Of a stretch of DNA of 64,000 nucleotides, positions 48,609 through 57,834 are shown piece by piece; positions within the stretch are counted from its first letter, which is position 1, and each line of letters starts with the position of its first letter. Under the pieces are notes generated by a model. The model was not told the DNA's origin, made no database searches, and saw nothing but the letters and a program-made list of their open reading frames with translations. The position numbers and the translations under genes are program-made. Source of the DNA: an uncultured virus (IMG/VR IMGVR_UViG_3300033986_000160) (taxonomy: Duplodnaviria; Heunggongvirae; Uroviricota; Caudoviricetes); the IMG/VR virus record IMGVR_UViG_3300033986_000160; one strand, 5' to 3'.

Positions 48609-49406
48609 ATGGATATGGGAAACGTCTTCAAGGACGACGAATTGCTTGATAGAGTGTATAATGAATATTTCGGAGAGAAGGAAAGCCCTCCGGAAAAAGC
48701 TGTACAACAGACTGAAGACCTGAAAGGTTATACATACAGGGAGTACAGCAAACGTAACGGATTAGTTGAGGGTACCGGCGACATACCTGGTTCAAATAAA
48801 CAGAGATGGCTTGCGGAAGATAACATAGATGATGTCGATGAACTTGCAGAACACATCAGACTTATACTGAATGCTGCGTGGGGAGACAATTGGGGAGAGT
48901 TTGGTCCTGAGCTGAAAGAGGGTGAAAACCCTGAAGACATTCAGTTACCACAGATAACTTACGACGTTGTTACGAGGATCATTCCCGACAAGAAACCATT
49001 AAAACCTATTCTTATGGATACGGTTCAGGAGATTGTAAACGGGAAGCCCACCGGAGATTATTTTAATCTCTACCGTCAATGGTTTGACAGCGTAATAGAG
49101 TTTAATATCTGTGGAGCGAACAGTCTCGAAACACGACGGCTCATGAAGAAATTCGAGACGATCCTGGCAACATACACAGGGCATCTCAAGAAAGTCGGAG
49201 CAAGCGAAATCCTGTTTCTAAAAGAAGTACACCCAACGCAATCATCAAACTTTCGTGAAGGGATACCGATGAAGTGTCTTCTGTACTTAGTCAGGATTGA
49301 AAGAATAACAGTAGTCAAGACAAGTACAATCAGGAAGATGGAGTTGGCTCTACAAACAGTTAACAATGCGGGACAAAATTCCGCACCAAAAACCTATAAA
49401 CTTTAA
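48609..49406 (+). CDS. putative tail completion/terminator protein
   Basis: PQITYDVV..R, RQWFDSVIEFNI, TGHLKKVG; directly before the sheath; ATG 48609 after GAGGTG. Confidence 0.6.
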   Translation: MDMGNVFKDDELLDRVYNEYFGEKESPPEKAVQQTEDLKGYTYREYSKRNGLVEGTGDIPGSNKQRWLAEDNIDDVDELAEHIRLILNAAWGDNWGEFGPELKEGENPEDIQLPQITYDVVTRIIPDKKPLKPILMDTVQEIVNGKPTGDYFNLYRQWFDSVIEFNICGANSLETRRLMKKFETILATYTGHLKKVGASEILFLKEVHPTQSSNFREGIPMKCLLYLVRIERITVVKTSTIRKMELALQTVNNAGQNSAPKTYKL

Positions 49407-49419
49407 GGAGGAAGCGTAA

Positions 49420-51729
49420 ATGATCGCATTTCGCAACTTATACCCAAATCTTCCAGGTCATCTGGTAGAGTTCAAGGATGGCGGATTGGCTCTCAGAGTT
49501 GAAGCAGATCCACCAAAAACCGACAGTATGCTCATTCTCGGAACCGCAATTGACGGTCCTGTTATGGAGCCTGTAGCTGTAGATGCAACTACTGCTGAAT
49601 TGCTGTTCGGTAAGGCAGTAAAGGGTAACGGCGTACCCAATGGATCAACACTGATTCCCGCATTTGAAGAAGCATGGAACGCTGGATGCCGTGATATTCG
49701 TCTTATGAGGATATCTGGTGATTACGCCGTAGCGGAAATCAAAGCTGAAGATTTAACATCAACAACCCAGAAGCTCAAGACAGAACAGTTAGGAGTTGCC
49801 CCAGGTAATGATGAAACAGTTATTACACTGGCAAACAAGCATATCGTTCCTAACTCTGCAAAAGTATACGTAAAAGGCACTCAGCTTCTGACAGGCTTTA
49901 CTGTTGATGAAGCAGCAGGTAAGGTAACCATTGCTGCTGGTGTTGACGATGCTGGGGCGTCAGTATCTGTAAGTTACAAATACTTCGCTATTGAAGATGT
50001 CGCTAACGAAGCGGCTACTGTAGAAGGAGGCAAAGTAACACTTACATATGATATTGACTCTATAGTGTCCATTAAAGTCAATGGAGATCCTGCAACACCC
50101 GTTTATACTGTGTCCGGAAAAGACATTACTTTTGAGTCCGGCGTTGCTGAAGGTGACAACGTAGCTGTTACATACAAAGGTATCACTACTAACGAAATCA
50201 CCGCTCAGGAGAACGGAACCGGTACTGATCCTTTCCTTACTGCAACATCTTTGATGGTAGTGCCAATCGGACAGAGCCCTGTTCCCGGAACAATGCATCT
50301 GTATGCTAACGGAACTGAAATCCTCACTTCCGGAGCTTTCACAGTTGACGGTACTGCAAAGACCATCAGTATAAAGAAGGAAATGGTTTCTAAGGGAGCT
50401 CTCCTTGAAATCAGCTACATGTATAACGAAACTGCAACTCAGACTCCTAAGATTGAAATAACATCCATATATGGCGGCGAAGTTTACAATCAGGCAAAAG
50501 TTGAAGTTGTAGATGTCAAGGACTCCAGCGGTAATGTAATGGGTAAGAAAGTTATTCTTACCAAACCCGAATCCAAGAAAGCACAGGTCGCAGAAGAACC
50601 TTTGAGCTACAGCTCACTGGATTATCCGAACTTCATGCTCTTGGTACAGGCAATCAACAACGACCCGATGAATAATGTGTTCAAGGCTTCAACTAAGTTC
50701 AACAACGTTGAAACCTCCAAGTTGTTAACCAAAACCCCAACTTTCTTTCTCGGTGGAGCAGATGGAATCAACCTCACAAAAGAGGAATTGTTCGAAGCTC
50801 TGTCTGGTAAGAGAAATGAAGCCGGCCTGTTGACTAAACAGGGAGCGTATCAGTTGCTCGAAGATTATCAGGTTGACTGGGTCGTTCCTGTTGGTGTTTA
50901 TGCTGACGACGAACTTCCTGGTAAATTCCAGAACTTTGCATATGAGCTGGCTATGTTCTGTGCGGTTCTCTCCTACAGGAACAAGATGACCTTCGGTGCA
51001 ATCAATATGAAGCCTGTAGAAGACACCGGTCTGTCTTCAATTCAGGAACACGCTAAGAAACTTGCTGCATTCGAGAACCTCTACTACATGAGAGATTCAT
51101 ACGGCAATATAATCAAAGACAGCAACGGAAACTTTATCGATCTCGGAGGATTCATTAACGTTGTTGCCGGACCTGAAATAGCTGTTAGAGGCACAAGCCT
51201 TGGAACATATAACGCAGATCCTGCGGTTTCATATGTTGCATTCAGTACGACACTGAATCCTCAGTCCGCAGCAGGCAATAAGACAATACCTAATGGTAGG
51301 GGGCTTCGTTACAGATTCTCCAATGCACAGCTCGACAGTATCGTCGCAAGACGTTTAACCGTACTGAAACTCAAACAGGACGGCAGCGTTTCTGTAGTAG
51401 ATGATGCAACCTGTGCAGCTCCTGGTTCTGACTACGCAAGAAGAACCACTGGTAAGGTTGTAAGAGAAGTCGTCGATCAGATCAGAGAAGTCTGTGATCC
51501 TTTCATCGGCGAACCTAACACAATCGAACAGAGAAACGCAATGTCTGCCACCATCAGTAAGAGACTTGGACAGTTGAAAGATGCTGGAGTAATCCAGGAC
51601 TATGACTTCCAGGTAGTTGCAACATTGCAGGATCAACTGCTTGGTCAGGCAAAGATCGAGTTAACCCTCGTTCCACCTCAAGAATTGAGGAAGATCACTA
51701 CAGTTGTAAGCCTCAAGCCTTCTCTGTAA
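49420..51729 (+). CDS. tail sheath protein
   Basis: LPG...ILGTAIDGPV..PV N-terminus; PFIGEPN..QRNAM..IELTLVPPQELRKI C-terminus. Confidence 0.9.
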   Translation: MIAFRNLYPNLPGHLVEFKDGGLALRVEADPPKTDSMLILGTAIDGPVMEPVAVDATTAELLFGKAVKGNGVPNGSTLIPAFEEAWNAGCRDIRLMRISGDYAVAEIKAEDLTSTTQKLKTEQLGVAPGNDETVITLANKHIVPNSAKVYVKGTQLLTGFTVDEAAGKVTIAAGVDDAGASVSVSYKYFAIEDVANEAATVEGGKVTLTYDIDSIVSIKVNGDPATPVYTVSGKDITFESGVAEGDNVAVTYKGITTNEITAQENGTGTDPFLTATSLMVVPIGQSPVPGTMHLYANGTEILTSGAFTVDGTAKTISIKKEMVSKGALLEISYMYNETATQTPKIEITSIYGGEVYNQAKVEVVDVKDSSGNVMGKKVILTKPESKKAQVAEEPLSYSSLDYPNFMLLVQAINNDPMNNVFKASTKFNNVETSKLLTKTPTFFLGGADGINLTKEELFEALSGKRNEAGLLTKQGAYQLLEDYQVDWVVPVGVYADDELPGKFQNFAYELAMFCAVLSYRNKMTFGAINMKPVEDTGLSSIQEHAKKLAAFENLYYMRDSYGNIIKDSNGNFIDLGGFINVVAGPEIAVRGTSLGTYNADPAVSYVAFSTTLNPQSAAGNKTIPNGRGLRYRFSNAQLDSIVARRLTVLKLKQDGSVSVVDDATCAAPGSDYARRTTGKVVREVVDQIREVCDPFIGEPNTIEQRNAMSATISKRLGQLKDAGVIQDYDFQVVATLQDQLLGQAKIELTLVPPQELRKITTVVSLKPSL

Positions 51730-51746
51730 GTGATCTGAGCCGTAAA

Positions 51747-51766
51747 GGGGCGGCCAACACCGCCCC
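51747..51766 (+). other. intergenic hairpin between sheath and tube genes
   Basis: GGGGCGG/CCGCCCC, no U-tract. Confidence 0.55.
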
Positions 51767-51799
51767 AATATTAAATCCTAACTCAAGGAGGAATATGAC

Positions 51800-52606
51800 A
51801 TGGCAAGTCCATTCATTCACACTTTAACTTCATTCAGTGGAGCGGACCTGGTTGTTAACTTTGCTAATCAGGTAGTAGGTGAGTTGCAACAGATCTCCTG
51901 GGCAATCCAGAGAGAAAAAGCTCCTGTATTCACACTCGGTTCCTCTGACCCACGTTCTTTCAGTCGTGGTAAGAGAGGTATAGCAGGTTCAATGGTGTTC
52001 GCTGTGTTCGATAACGACGCAATCGTAAACGCACTATTAAAAGAGTGGCAGAACATAGCACCAAAAGCAATGTTCTCTGCTGCCGGAAACGTAGCTGTAA
52101 GAGGTTCTGAAGACTTTTCAAAAGCTATGGACCTTACAAACTGGAATAAAGCTGCAACAGATGCTGCTAATTATACTCAGGGTACTACCGGAATAGGTAA
52201 TGGTTATGGTTATGCCGGAACCCAATCTTTGAGTCCTGGTCAACAGCCTGGATCAAACAACATCCCAACAGTTGATACTGAAGGTAACATTATTGGTTGG
52301 ACTCCATCAACAGACCAGATTTATGTACCTGCCGGATTCTCTCCTATCAGAGGAGACAATATCCTGTATGCAGACATGCTGCCTCCATTCGATGTCACTA
52401 TGACATTTGCAAACGAATATGGTCAGTGTGCATTCCAGAAGATTTATGACGTTGATATCCTGAACGAAGGTTCCGGTGTATCCGTTGACACAATCGTAAT
52501 GGAAAGACAGATGACCTATATAGCAAGAAGGATAAGTCCTTTGATCAAGGGTGTATACTCAAGAGATCAGGGCGGAGCCGTAAAAGGTTTAAGAAATCCT
52601 CGCTAA
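51800..52606 (+). CDS. tail tube protein
   Basis: SFSGADL, LQQISWAIQREKAPV, RGKRGIAGSMVF, PPFDVTMTFANEYG, YIAR; follows the sheath. Confidence 0.85.
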   Translation: MASPFIHTLTSFSGADLVVNFANQVVGELQQISWAIQREKAPVFTLGSSDPRSFSRGKRGIAGSMVFAVFDNDAIVNALLKEWQNIAPKAMFSAAGNVAVRGSEDFSKAMDLTNWNKAATDAANYTQGTTGIGNGYGYAGTQSLSPGQQPGSNNIPTVDTEGNIIGWTPSTDQIYVPAGFSPIRGDNILYADMLPPFDVTMTFANEYGQCAFQKIYDVDILNEGSGVSVDTIVMERQMTYIARRISPLIKGVYSRDQGGAVKGLRNPR

Positions 52607-52618
52607 TATGGCTAAAAT

Positions 52619-52653
52619 ATAGAGCCGAGCCGGTGTTATCGGCTCGGCTCTAT
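52619..52653 (+). terminator. strong hairpin after the tube gene
   Basis: Perfect 14-bp ATAGAGCCGAGCCG/CGGCTCGGCTCTAT. Confidence 0.7.
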
Positions 52654-52671
52654 TGATAAAGGAGAATATCA

Positions 52672-54198
52672 ATGGCTAACGAAAAGTTAACAGATCAAAT
52701 ACATAAATATTTTAAGTCTTTCAGCGGAGTGGATGCTCTTGCTTTCCTTCTGTTCCCTGAATCCTCACCGGTTCTTATTGGTACATTGACAACCATTAGC
52801 TACTCCATATTCAGAGAAAAAGTTCCAGTAAAACTCATGAGTAGAGTCAGTGTTCCGGTGTATACCAAGGGACTTCGTTACTGTGCAGGAACCATGATAT
52901 TCACCATGATTAACAAGCACTGGGTCAATGAACTTATCGCTCAGGTCCCCTGGCTTAAATATTACGGCAAGATTAAGGCAGATGAACTTCCAAACTTCGA
53001 TATTATGATTGTCTGTGCGAACGAGTATGGAGCTTCTGCTTCTATGTACATTTATGCTGCTGAAATATCTGATGAATCACAGACCCTTTCGATTGAAGAT
53101 ATTTTTACAGAGAATCAGTTTAGCTTTGTAGCAAAAGATATCGACGTAATGGACAGTGATGACACTGGAAACATCGTTATCCCGGGACGGTCTACGAGTT
53201 TTATCCAGCCTATTGAAAGCATCGTGTCGCTTGATATGGTTGCTCCTACAGAAGGTCAAATCAACAGCCAGAAACAGAGTGCAACCAAAAGAAATGATGA
53301 ACTTACAATCTATGTAGATAGTGTTAAGGTTGATATTCCAGCGGAAGAAAAGGAACGTCCACGAATTAATGAACATGGCAATGCAATTGCACCAATGCGT
53401 TTTGTGTTCAATGCAATGGGATGGAATGTTCAATGGATACGGCCTGAAGACAACGGAGGGATAAGTAAAGGCGTATTCTATCTTATGGCTCAGGACGGCG
53501 ATCCTCAGTTTACCCTTGAAATCAACCATAACAACAAGACCGGTGTGTTCTATAAAAGAGATCTTAACACTAATAAGACTACAAAGTATAACATACCGTT
53601 TTCAACTCCTCCATTTGTTGAATACGGAAGAACTGTGTGTGAGTTAAGACCACTGTTTGATTTTCTGTCGAACCATATAGGTGCATACACTGTAACATGG
53701 GGGTATGATTCAAACAGTGTATTTATAGATAGCCAGTCGGTAAAAAACAAACCGACACTCGATGAGAACTCAAATTCAAAAGACAACATTGATGAGATAC
53801 AGAATCTGCAATCCCTTTTGAACGACAATGGGTATAGGCCGACACTTAATATCTCAGGTGTATTTGATTATACGACCAAATGGGCTTTGATGACGTTTCA
53901 GGCAAACGCAGGTCTCGAACCTACCGGTATTTGTGACAAGGCCACATGGGCCGCACTGTTGAAGCACACAAAAATCAATAACGATACATGGCCAAAGACA
54001 GGGAAATGTATTACTGCAAGCGGAGCTTATATGCGTAAGGAGCCAAAAATAGACGACAAAAATATCCTTACAACTATTTTATATAAGAGTTCCGTCAAAG
54101 TGTATAGTCATGGCTCCGGAGGGTGGGTTCCTGTGATAACTACCGTCAGAGGTGTTGAGCTAAAAGGCTTTATGGAAGCGAAAGATTTGAAATTCTAA
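52672..54198 (+). CDS. tube-like protein + copper-amine-oxidase-N + PG-binding + SH3
   Basis: SFSGVD..TISYSIFREK..AGTMIF..LPNFDI..NEYG..FVAKDI; APMRFVFNAMGW; LQSLL..G.FD..T..A...FQ...GL..TG..D..TW. Confidence 0.8.
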   Translation: MANEKLTDQIHKYFKSFSGVDALAFLLFPESSPVLIGTLTTISYSIFREKVPVKLMSRVSVPVYTKGLRYCAGTMIFTMINKHWVNELIAQVPWLKYYGKIKADELPNFDIMIVCANEYGASASMYIYAAEISDESQTLSIEDIFTENQFSFVAKDIDVMDSDDTGNIVIPGRSTSFIQPIESIVSLDMVAPTEGQINSQKQSATKRNDELTIYVDSVKVDIPAEEKERPRINEHGNAIAPMRFVFNAMGWNVQWIRPEDNGGISKGVFYLMAQDGDPQFTLEINHNNKTGVFYKRDLNTNKTTKYNIPFSTPPFVEYGRTVCELRPLFDFLSNHIGAYTVTWGYDSNSVFIDSQSVKNKPTLDENSNSKDNIDEIQNLQSLLNDNGYRPTLNISGVFDYTTKWALMTFQANAGLEPTGICDKATWAALLKHTKINNDTWPKTGKCITASGAYMRKEPKIDDKNILTTILYKSSVKVYSHGSGGWVPVITTVRGVELKGFMEAKDLKF

Positions 54199-54208
54199 GG
54201 AGGCTGTC

Positions 54209-54559
54209 ATGTATAATTTATATCCGTATGATTATGACTATATTACCCCGATTGGGAAGCAAGATGTTACTTTTGATAGCCTAAACGCAAAAGACTATGG
54301 TATAATATATAGGTGGGCATCCAAAGATTTGAAAGTCAAAGTATACGCCATTGCATATTACCCAGGAGGTATTTACAAAGAATTTTACGCTGATGTTTTG
54401 ATACAGCAAAATACAAATGGCGAAATAACAGGAGAATTTGTAGAAGATGCCTTTAAAGAAGCTGAGGATTTAATTGTCGGCAAACCGGAGTACATAGAAT
54501 TTATCATTACACCGTTTAAATGTGCTCCTATGAAATGGATGTTATATATCAAGGGGTGA
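54209..54559 (+). CDS. hypothetical protein
   Basis: 116 aa; AAGGAGG RBS. Confidence 0.75.
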   Translation: MYNLYPYDYDYITPIGKQDVTFDSLNAKDYGIIYRWASKDLKVKVYAIAYYPGGIYKEFYADVLIQQNTNGEITGEFVEDAFKEAEDLIVGKPEYIEFIITPFKCAPMKWMLYIKG

Positions 54560-54564
54560 GGTAA

Positions 54565-55371
54565 ATGGGCGAAACAATCAAGCCGTTAGAGCAACGGTAT
54601 TCACATAATCCTAACAGCAGAGAATATATCCTGTTCCCTGAAGAATATTTTTCAGGAGCAAGCTGCTCAATCTTCTTTGGACATAGACCTATCGTTGATA
54701 TATCTGGACTCCAGTTTATGTTGCAGGAACAAATGAAACCGATATATAGTTATGCTTCAAGAACATTCGATGAAATGGCCATAGGAAACCGTATCATCAC
54801 CGGCACATTCAAAGTTGCATTCAAAGAGGCCGGCCTTCTTAATGCCATCCTTGATGAAATTGAGAATTATAAGGTAGACGCAAATGCGGCCGCTGCACTG
54901 TTCACAGAAGGCGAAGACATACCGGCATGGGTCGGCGAAGCAGGATACACTCCGGAAATACTCCTTGGTATGGCTATGATGAACAATCCTACTGTTGTAG
55001 ATTCTGATATATCAGAAGTAAAGATATACTTTCTTGGTAACAGAATCTTCTTTCCACCGGATCAACCTGCAAGGGTTATTCCAATTGACGGACAGAATGC
55101 AGTATGGGTTCCACTTCGTTTTATGTTGGATAACATAGGATATTCTTATATATACGATGATGTGAACGAAATCCACACATGGTACAATCGTGACAAATCC
55201 ACTGTAATCAATGTAAACCTGAAGACCAATGAGTTTTTTCTAAACGGCAATAAACTCAATATAAAGATGCAGATTATAGATGACAGAACATTTATTCCTA
55301 TATATACATTGTTTGAAAATCTTGGGTATAAAGTTACCTGGGACAATTCGGGATGTAAAGTTACACTGTAG
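54565..55371 (+). CDS. N-terminal half of a tube-like fold + copper-amine-oxidase-N domain
   Basis: YFSGAS..LQFMLQEQMKPIYSY..GNRIITGTFKV; VPLRFML..DRTFIPI..LGYKVTWD. Confidence 0.75.
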   Translation: MGETIKPLEQRYSHNPNSREYILFPEEYFSGASCSIFFGHRPIVDISGLQFMLQEQMKPIYSYASRTFDEMAIGNRIITGTFKVAFKEAGLLNAILDEIENYKVDANAAAALFTEGEDIPAWVGEAGYTPEILLGMAMMNNPTVVDSDISEVKIYFLGNRIFFPPDQPARVIPIDGQNAVWVPLRFMLDNIGYSYIYDDVNEIHTWYNRDKSTVINVNLKTNEFFLNGNKLNIKMQIIDDRTFIPIYTLFENLGYKVTWDNSGCKVTL

Positions 55372-55383
55372 GAGGGTGGAGAT

Positions 55384-56514
55384 GTGGCTACTCAGAATTA
55401 CACAATTAAGTCAGGCGATACATTGAGCGGAATTGCTGCTAAATTTGGCACTTCAGTCAACACTCTCATGAGCCTTAACAGTGACAAGATAACAAACCCA
55501 AATTACATCCAGGCCGGCTGGGTTATAAAAGTTCCTGTAAGTGGAGGGTCGACGACCAAGGCTTCAGGAGGAACCAGTCTTAATATAGATACCAGCATAG
55601 TTGACTATTGTAAATACATAGGTGTCGATTCAAGTCACAATGCAAGGGCAAAATATGCTGTCGCATATGGTATCGTTGCAAGTGCGTCAGCTTATACCGG
55701 TTCTTATAACCAGAATGTAAGTCTTCTTTCTGCAATGAAAAAAGACGGAGGAGCGAAAGCAAAAGGTGAAAGCAGTTCTGGTGGTGGTGGAAGCGATGCA
55801 GGAGCAAAACCTCAAGTAGGAGATTATGTTTATGCCACAGGATATGTATACAAAAGTTCTGACGCTCTTGGCCGTGGAATCCACCTTGATAATCGTCATT
55901 GCAAAGTTACGCATACCAATTATGGTCCGTCGTGGTCTGTCAAGCCTGTTCATGTAGCCACACAAGATGGTTCGGGCCCTCTTGGGTGGATGGAAGTAGG
56001 TGAGGTTAAGATATGTACGCAAAAACATGACGCTCATGGTAATCATATTTCTGATCCGACACCTGCTCCAAAACCAGAACCTCCTAAGACCAATCCCACG
56101 CCAACTCCTGCATCCAACACAAAGGATACCGATGGTATTGACAGGGCAGGAGACAAAAACAGCAAAGCAGAATTTCAAGACAGCATCAATGATTACACAG
56201 CAAAGGTATGGGATGATAACAAGAAAGACACAAGAATGGATAGAAAGTTTGAACCATTCTTCTATGACAGTACCAAACCTAATATGAGGGAAAAAGGTTT
56301 TGATATAAACATTATATACGGCGGAGCTATTCAGAGCTTGATAGAACTCAATAAGTACGTTAAGACGGGAAACTCGGCAGCGTTTGAACAATTTAAGCAC
56401 AATACGATCCGTGCATTGCGTGGTGTATATATAAGATCTGTTGGTCAGGAATTGGATGCCTCTGGCAACCCTGTATATGAGATATACGAGTTCGTCGCCA
56501 GAGATATCGAATAA
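55384..56514 (+). CDS. LysM protein ending in the C-terminal half of a tube-like fold
   Basis: [57 protein letters not shown]. Confidence 0.8.
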   Translation: MATQNYTIKSGDTLSGIAAKFGTSVNTLMSLNSDKITNPNYIQAGWVIKVPVSGGSTTKASGGTSLNIDTSIVDYCKYIGVDSSHNARAKYAVAYGIVASASAYTGSYNQNVSLLSAMKKDGGAKAKGESSSGGGGSDAGAKPQVGDYVYATGYVYKSSDALGRGIHLDNRHCKVTHTNYGPSWSVKPVHVATQDGSGPLGWMEVGEVKICTQKHDAHGNHISDPTPAPKPEPPKTNPTPTPASNTKDTDGIDRAGDKNSKAEFQDSINDYTAKVWDDNKKDTRMDRKFEPFFYDSTKPNMREKGFDINIIYGGAIQSLIELNKYVKTGNSAAFEQFKHNTIRALRGVYIRSVGQELDASGNPVYEIYEFVARDIE

Positions 56515-56530
56515 ATAAGGGGGTAATTAA

Positions 56531-57127
56531 ATGTTTGATCCAAAACAAGTAGACACGTTAGTAGCTACAGCAAGAGAGACTTTGCGTAGACAACAGGAGG
56601 AGATGACACCAGGAGAGCCGGAGAATTTCTATCAGGACTTGATAGATGAGCAAAACGGAGAACAGGAAAAAGTTAAAGTACCTGAGAACGATTATGAAAT
56701 AAAGAATGCTCCGGATAGTTACGAAGAAAGACCGCATATTGCAAACAAACCAAGTGCAGAAGATTATCAGGAATATCCTGAAATTGATGAATTCGATAAA
56801 CCAATATTCCCTGGCGGTCCGCTGCAATCTCAAATCAACTCCTGGAAGAAACAGTTCACAGGATATGACATTTACGTTACAGAAGTGGCCGGAGAATACT
56901 TTGTATTCAGGACTTTGAACCGTTTTGAATACAAACAGATTGTATCTTTGCAAAATACAGATCCTCTCATGCGTGAGGAAATTATCTGTGAAACCGTTAC
57001 ACTGTGGCCGGCAGGTTATAAATGGGATAGCATGGCAACGGGGAAGGCCGGCATTCCATCTACTTATTCTCAGATTATCATGGAGAAATCAGGATTCACT
57101 AAAGATTACGCTATCCAAATACTATAA
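56531..57127 (+). CDS. tail assembly chaperone-like protein 1
   Basis: INSWKKQF, YFVFRTLNRFEYKQI, AGIP..IMEKSGF; position before the tape-measure slot. Confidence 0.65.
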   Translation: MFDPKQVDTLVATARETLRRQQEEMTPGEPENFYQDLIDEQNGEQEKVKVPENDYEIKNAPDSYEERPHIANKPSAEDYQEYPEIDEFDKPIFPGGPLQSQINSWKKQFTGYDIYVTEVAGEYFVFRTLNRFEYKQIVSLQNTDPLMREEIICETVTLWPAGYKWDSMATGKAGIPSTYSQIIMEKSGFTKDYAIQIL

Positions 57128-57834
57128 TGGAACAATTACAAGCATTCGATCTTTTGGTATTCAAGGAGCAGAATGAAGGTCACAGGGTCATGTATATCAA
57201 TATTTGTAATCGTGAGTTTGTATTTAGGACTCTTGGAAAGAAGGAATACAAGAACATCCTGAATGTTGCAAATAATGAATTTGATCTCGAAGATATGATA
57301 TGCCAGATTGCTTTGATATACCCTGAAGACTTTGACTTCAAGGATTGTCCTCTTGGAGGGTTGTCCAAGACAATTGCTCCTTTGATTACCGAACTTTCCG
57401 GATTTACCAATCCTGAGATCGTCCAGGAGACTTACGACCAGTATCGCCTGGAAATGAATAGTTTTGAGAATAAGGCATATGCCCTCATTAAAATGGCATT
57501 CCCCGAATTTACGTTTGAAGAAATGGAAGAATGGACATGGGATAAGGTTCTCAAGGTTGCAACAAAGGCAGAGTTTATCCTGAATGAAACTCACTTTAGA
57601 GATAACCCTATCGAGCTTGTCAAAGTAGACACTACGCCGCAGAAACAAATGGAACGCACTGAGTTTGTTCAGGAACTGCGGCAACAGGGTATTGACCCGA
57701 TGAAATATTTCTGGAATGAAATTAATGTCAAGCCTCAATATGTAGACTTTCCGTTAATCGGTGGTGTGCATTGGCAGAACGAGGGGATATTGAATGAGAT
57801 CAGACGACAGATGGAGAGAGCATCTAAGAGGTAA
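57127..57834 (+). CDS. tail assembly chaperone-like protein 2 (paralogue)
   Basis: EFVFRTLGKKEYKNI, ITELSGF; TAATG coupling. Confidence 0.65.
   Translation: MEQLQAFDLLVFKEQNEGHRVMYINICNREFVFRTLGKKEYKNILNVANNEFDLEDMICQIALIYPEDFDFKDCPLGGLSKTIAPLITELSGFTNPEIVQETYDQYRLEMNSFENKAYALIKMAFPEFTFEEMEEWTWDKVLKVATKAEFILNETHFRDNPIELVKVDTTPQKQMERTEFVQELRQQGIDPMKYFWNEINVKPQYVDFPLIGGVHWQNEGILNEIRRQMERASKR

Noticed and set aside
22634..55384. Genome-wide TAG reassignment (alternative genetic code), suggested by several TAG stops followed in frame by the next gene (22636, 29015, 35465, 35621, 55371)
   Set aside because: Long genes are intact in the standard code. These TAGs overlap RBSs (TAGGAGG, TAGGGGG) with normal spacing, and other TAG junctions (7037, 30203, 31507, 63385) are out of frame.
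47048..56514. Stand-alone contractile injection system or tailocin
   Set aside because: Terminase, portal, protease and capsid genes lie in the same co-oriented gene cluster, so this is a phage tail.
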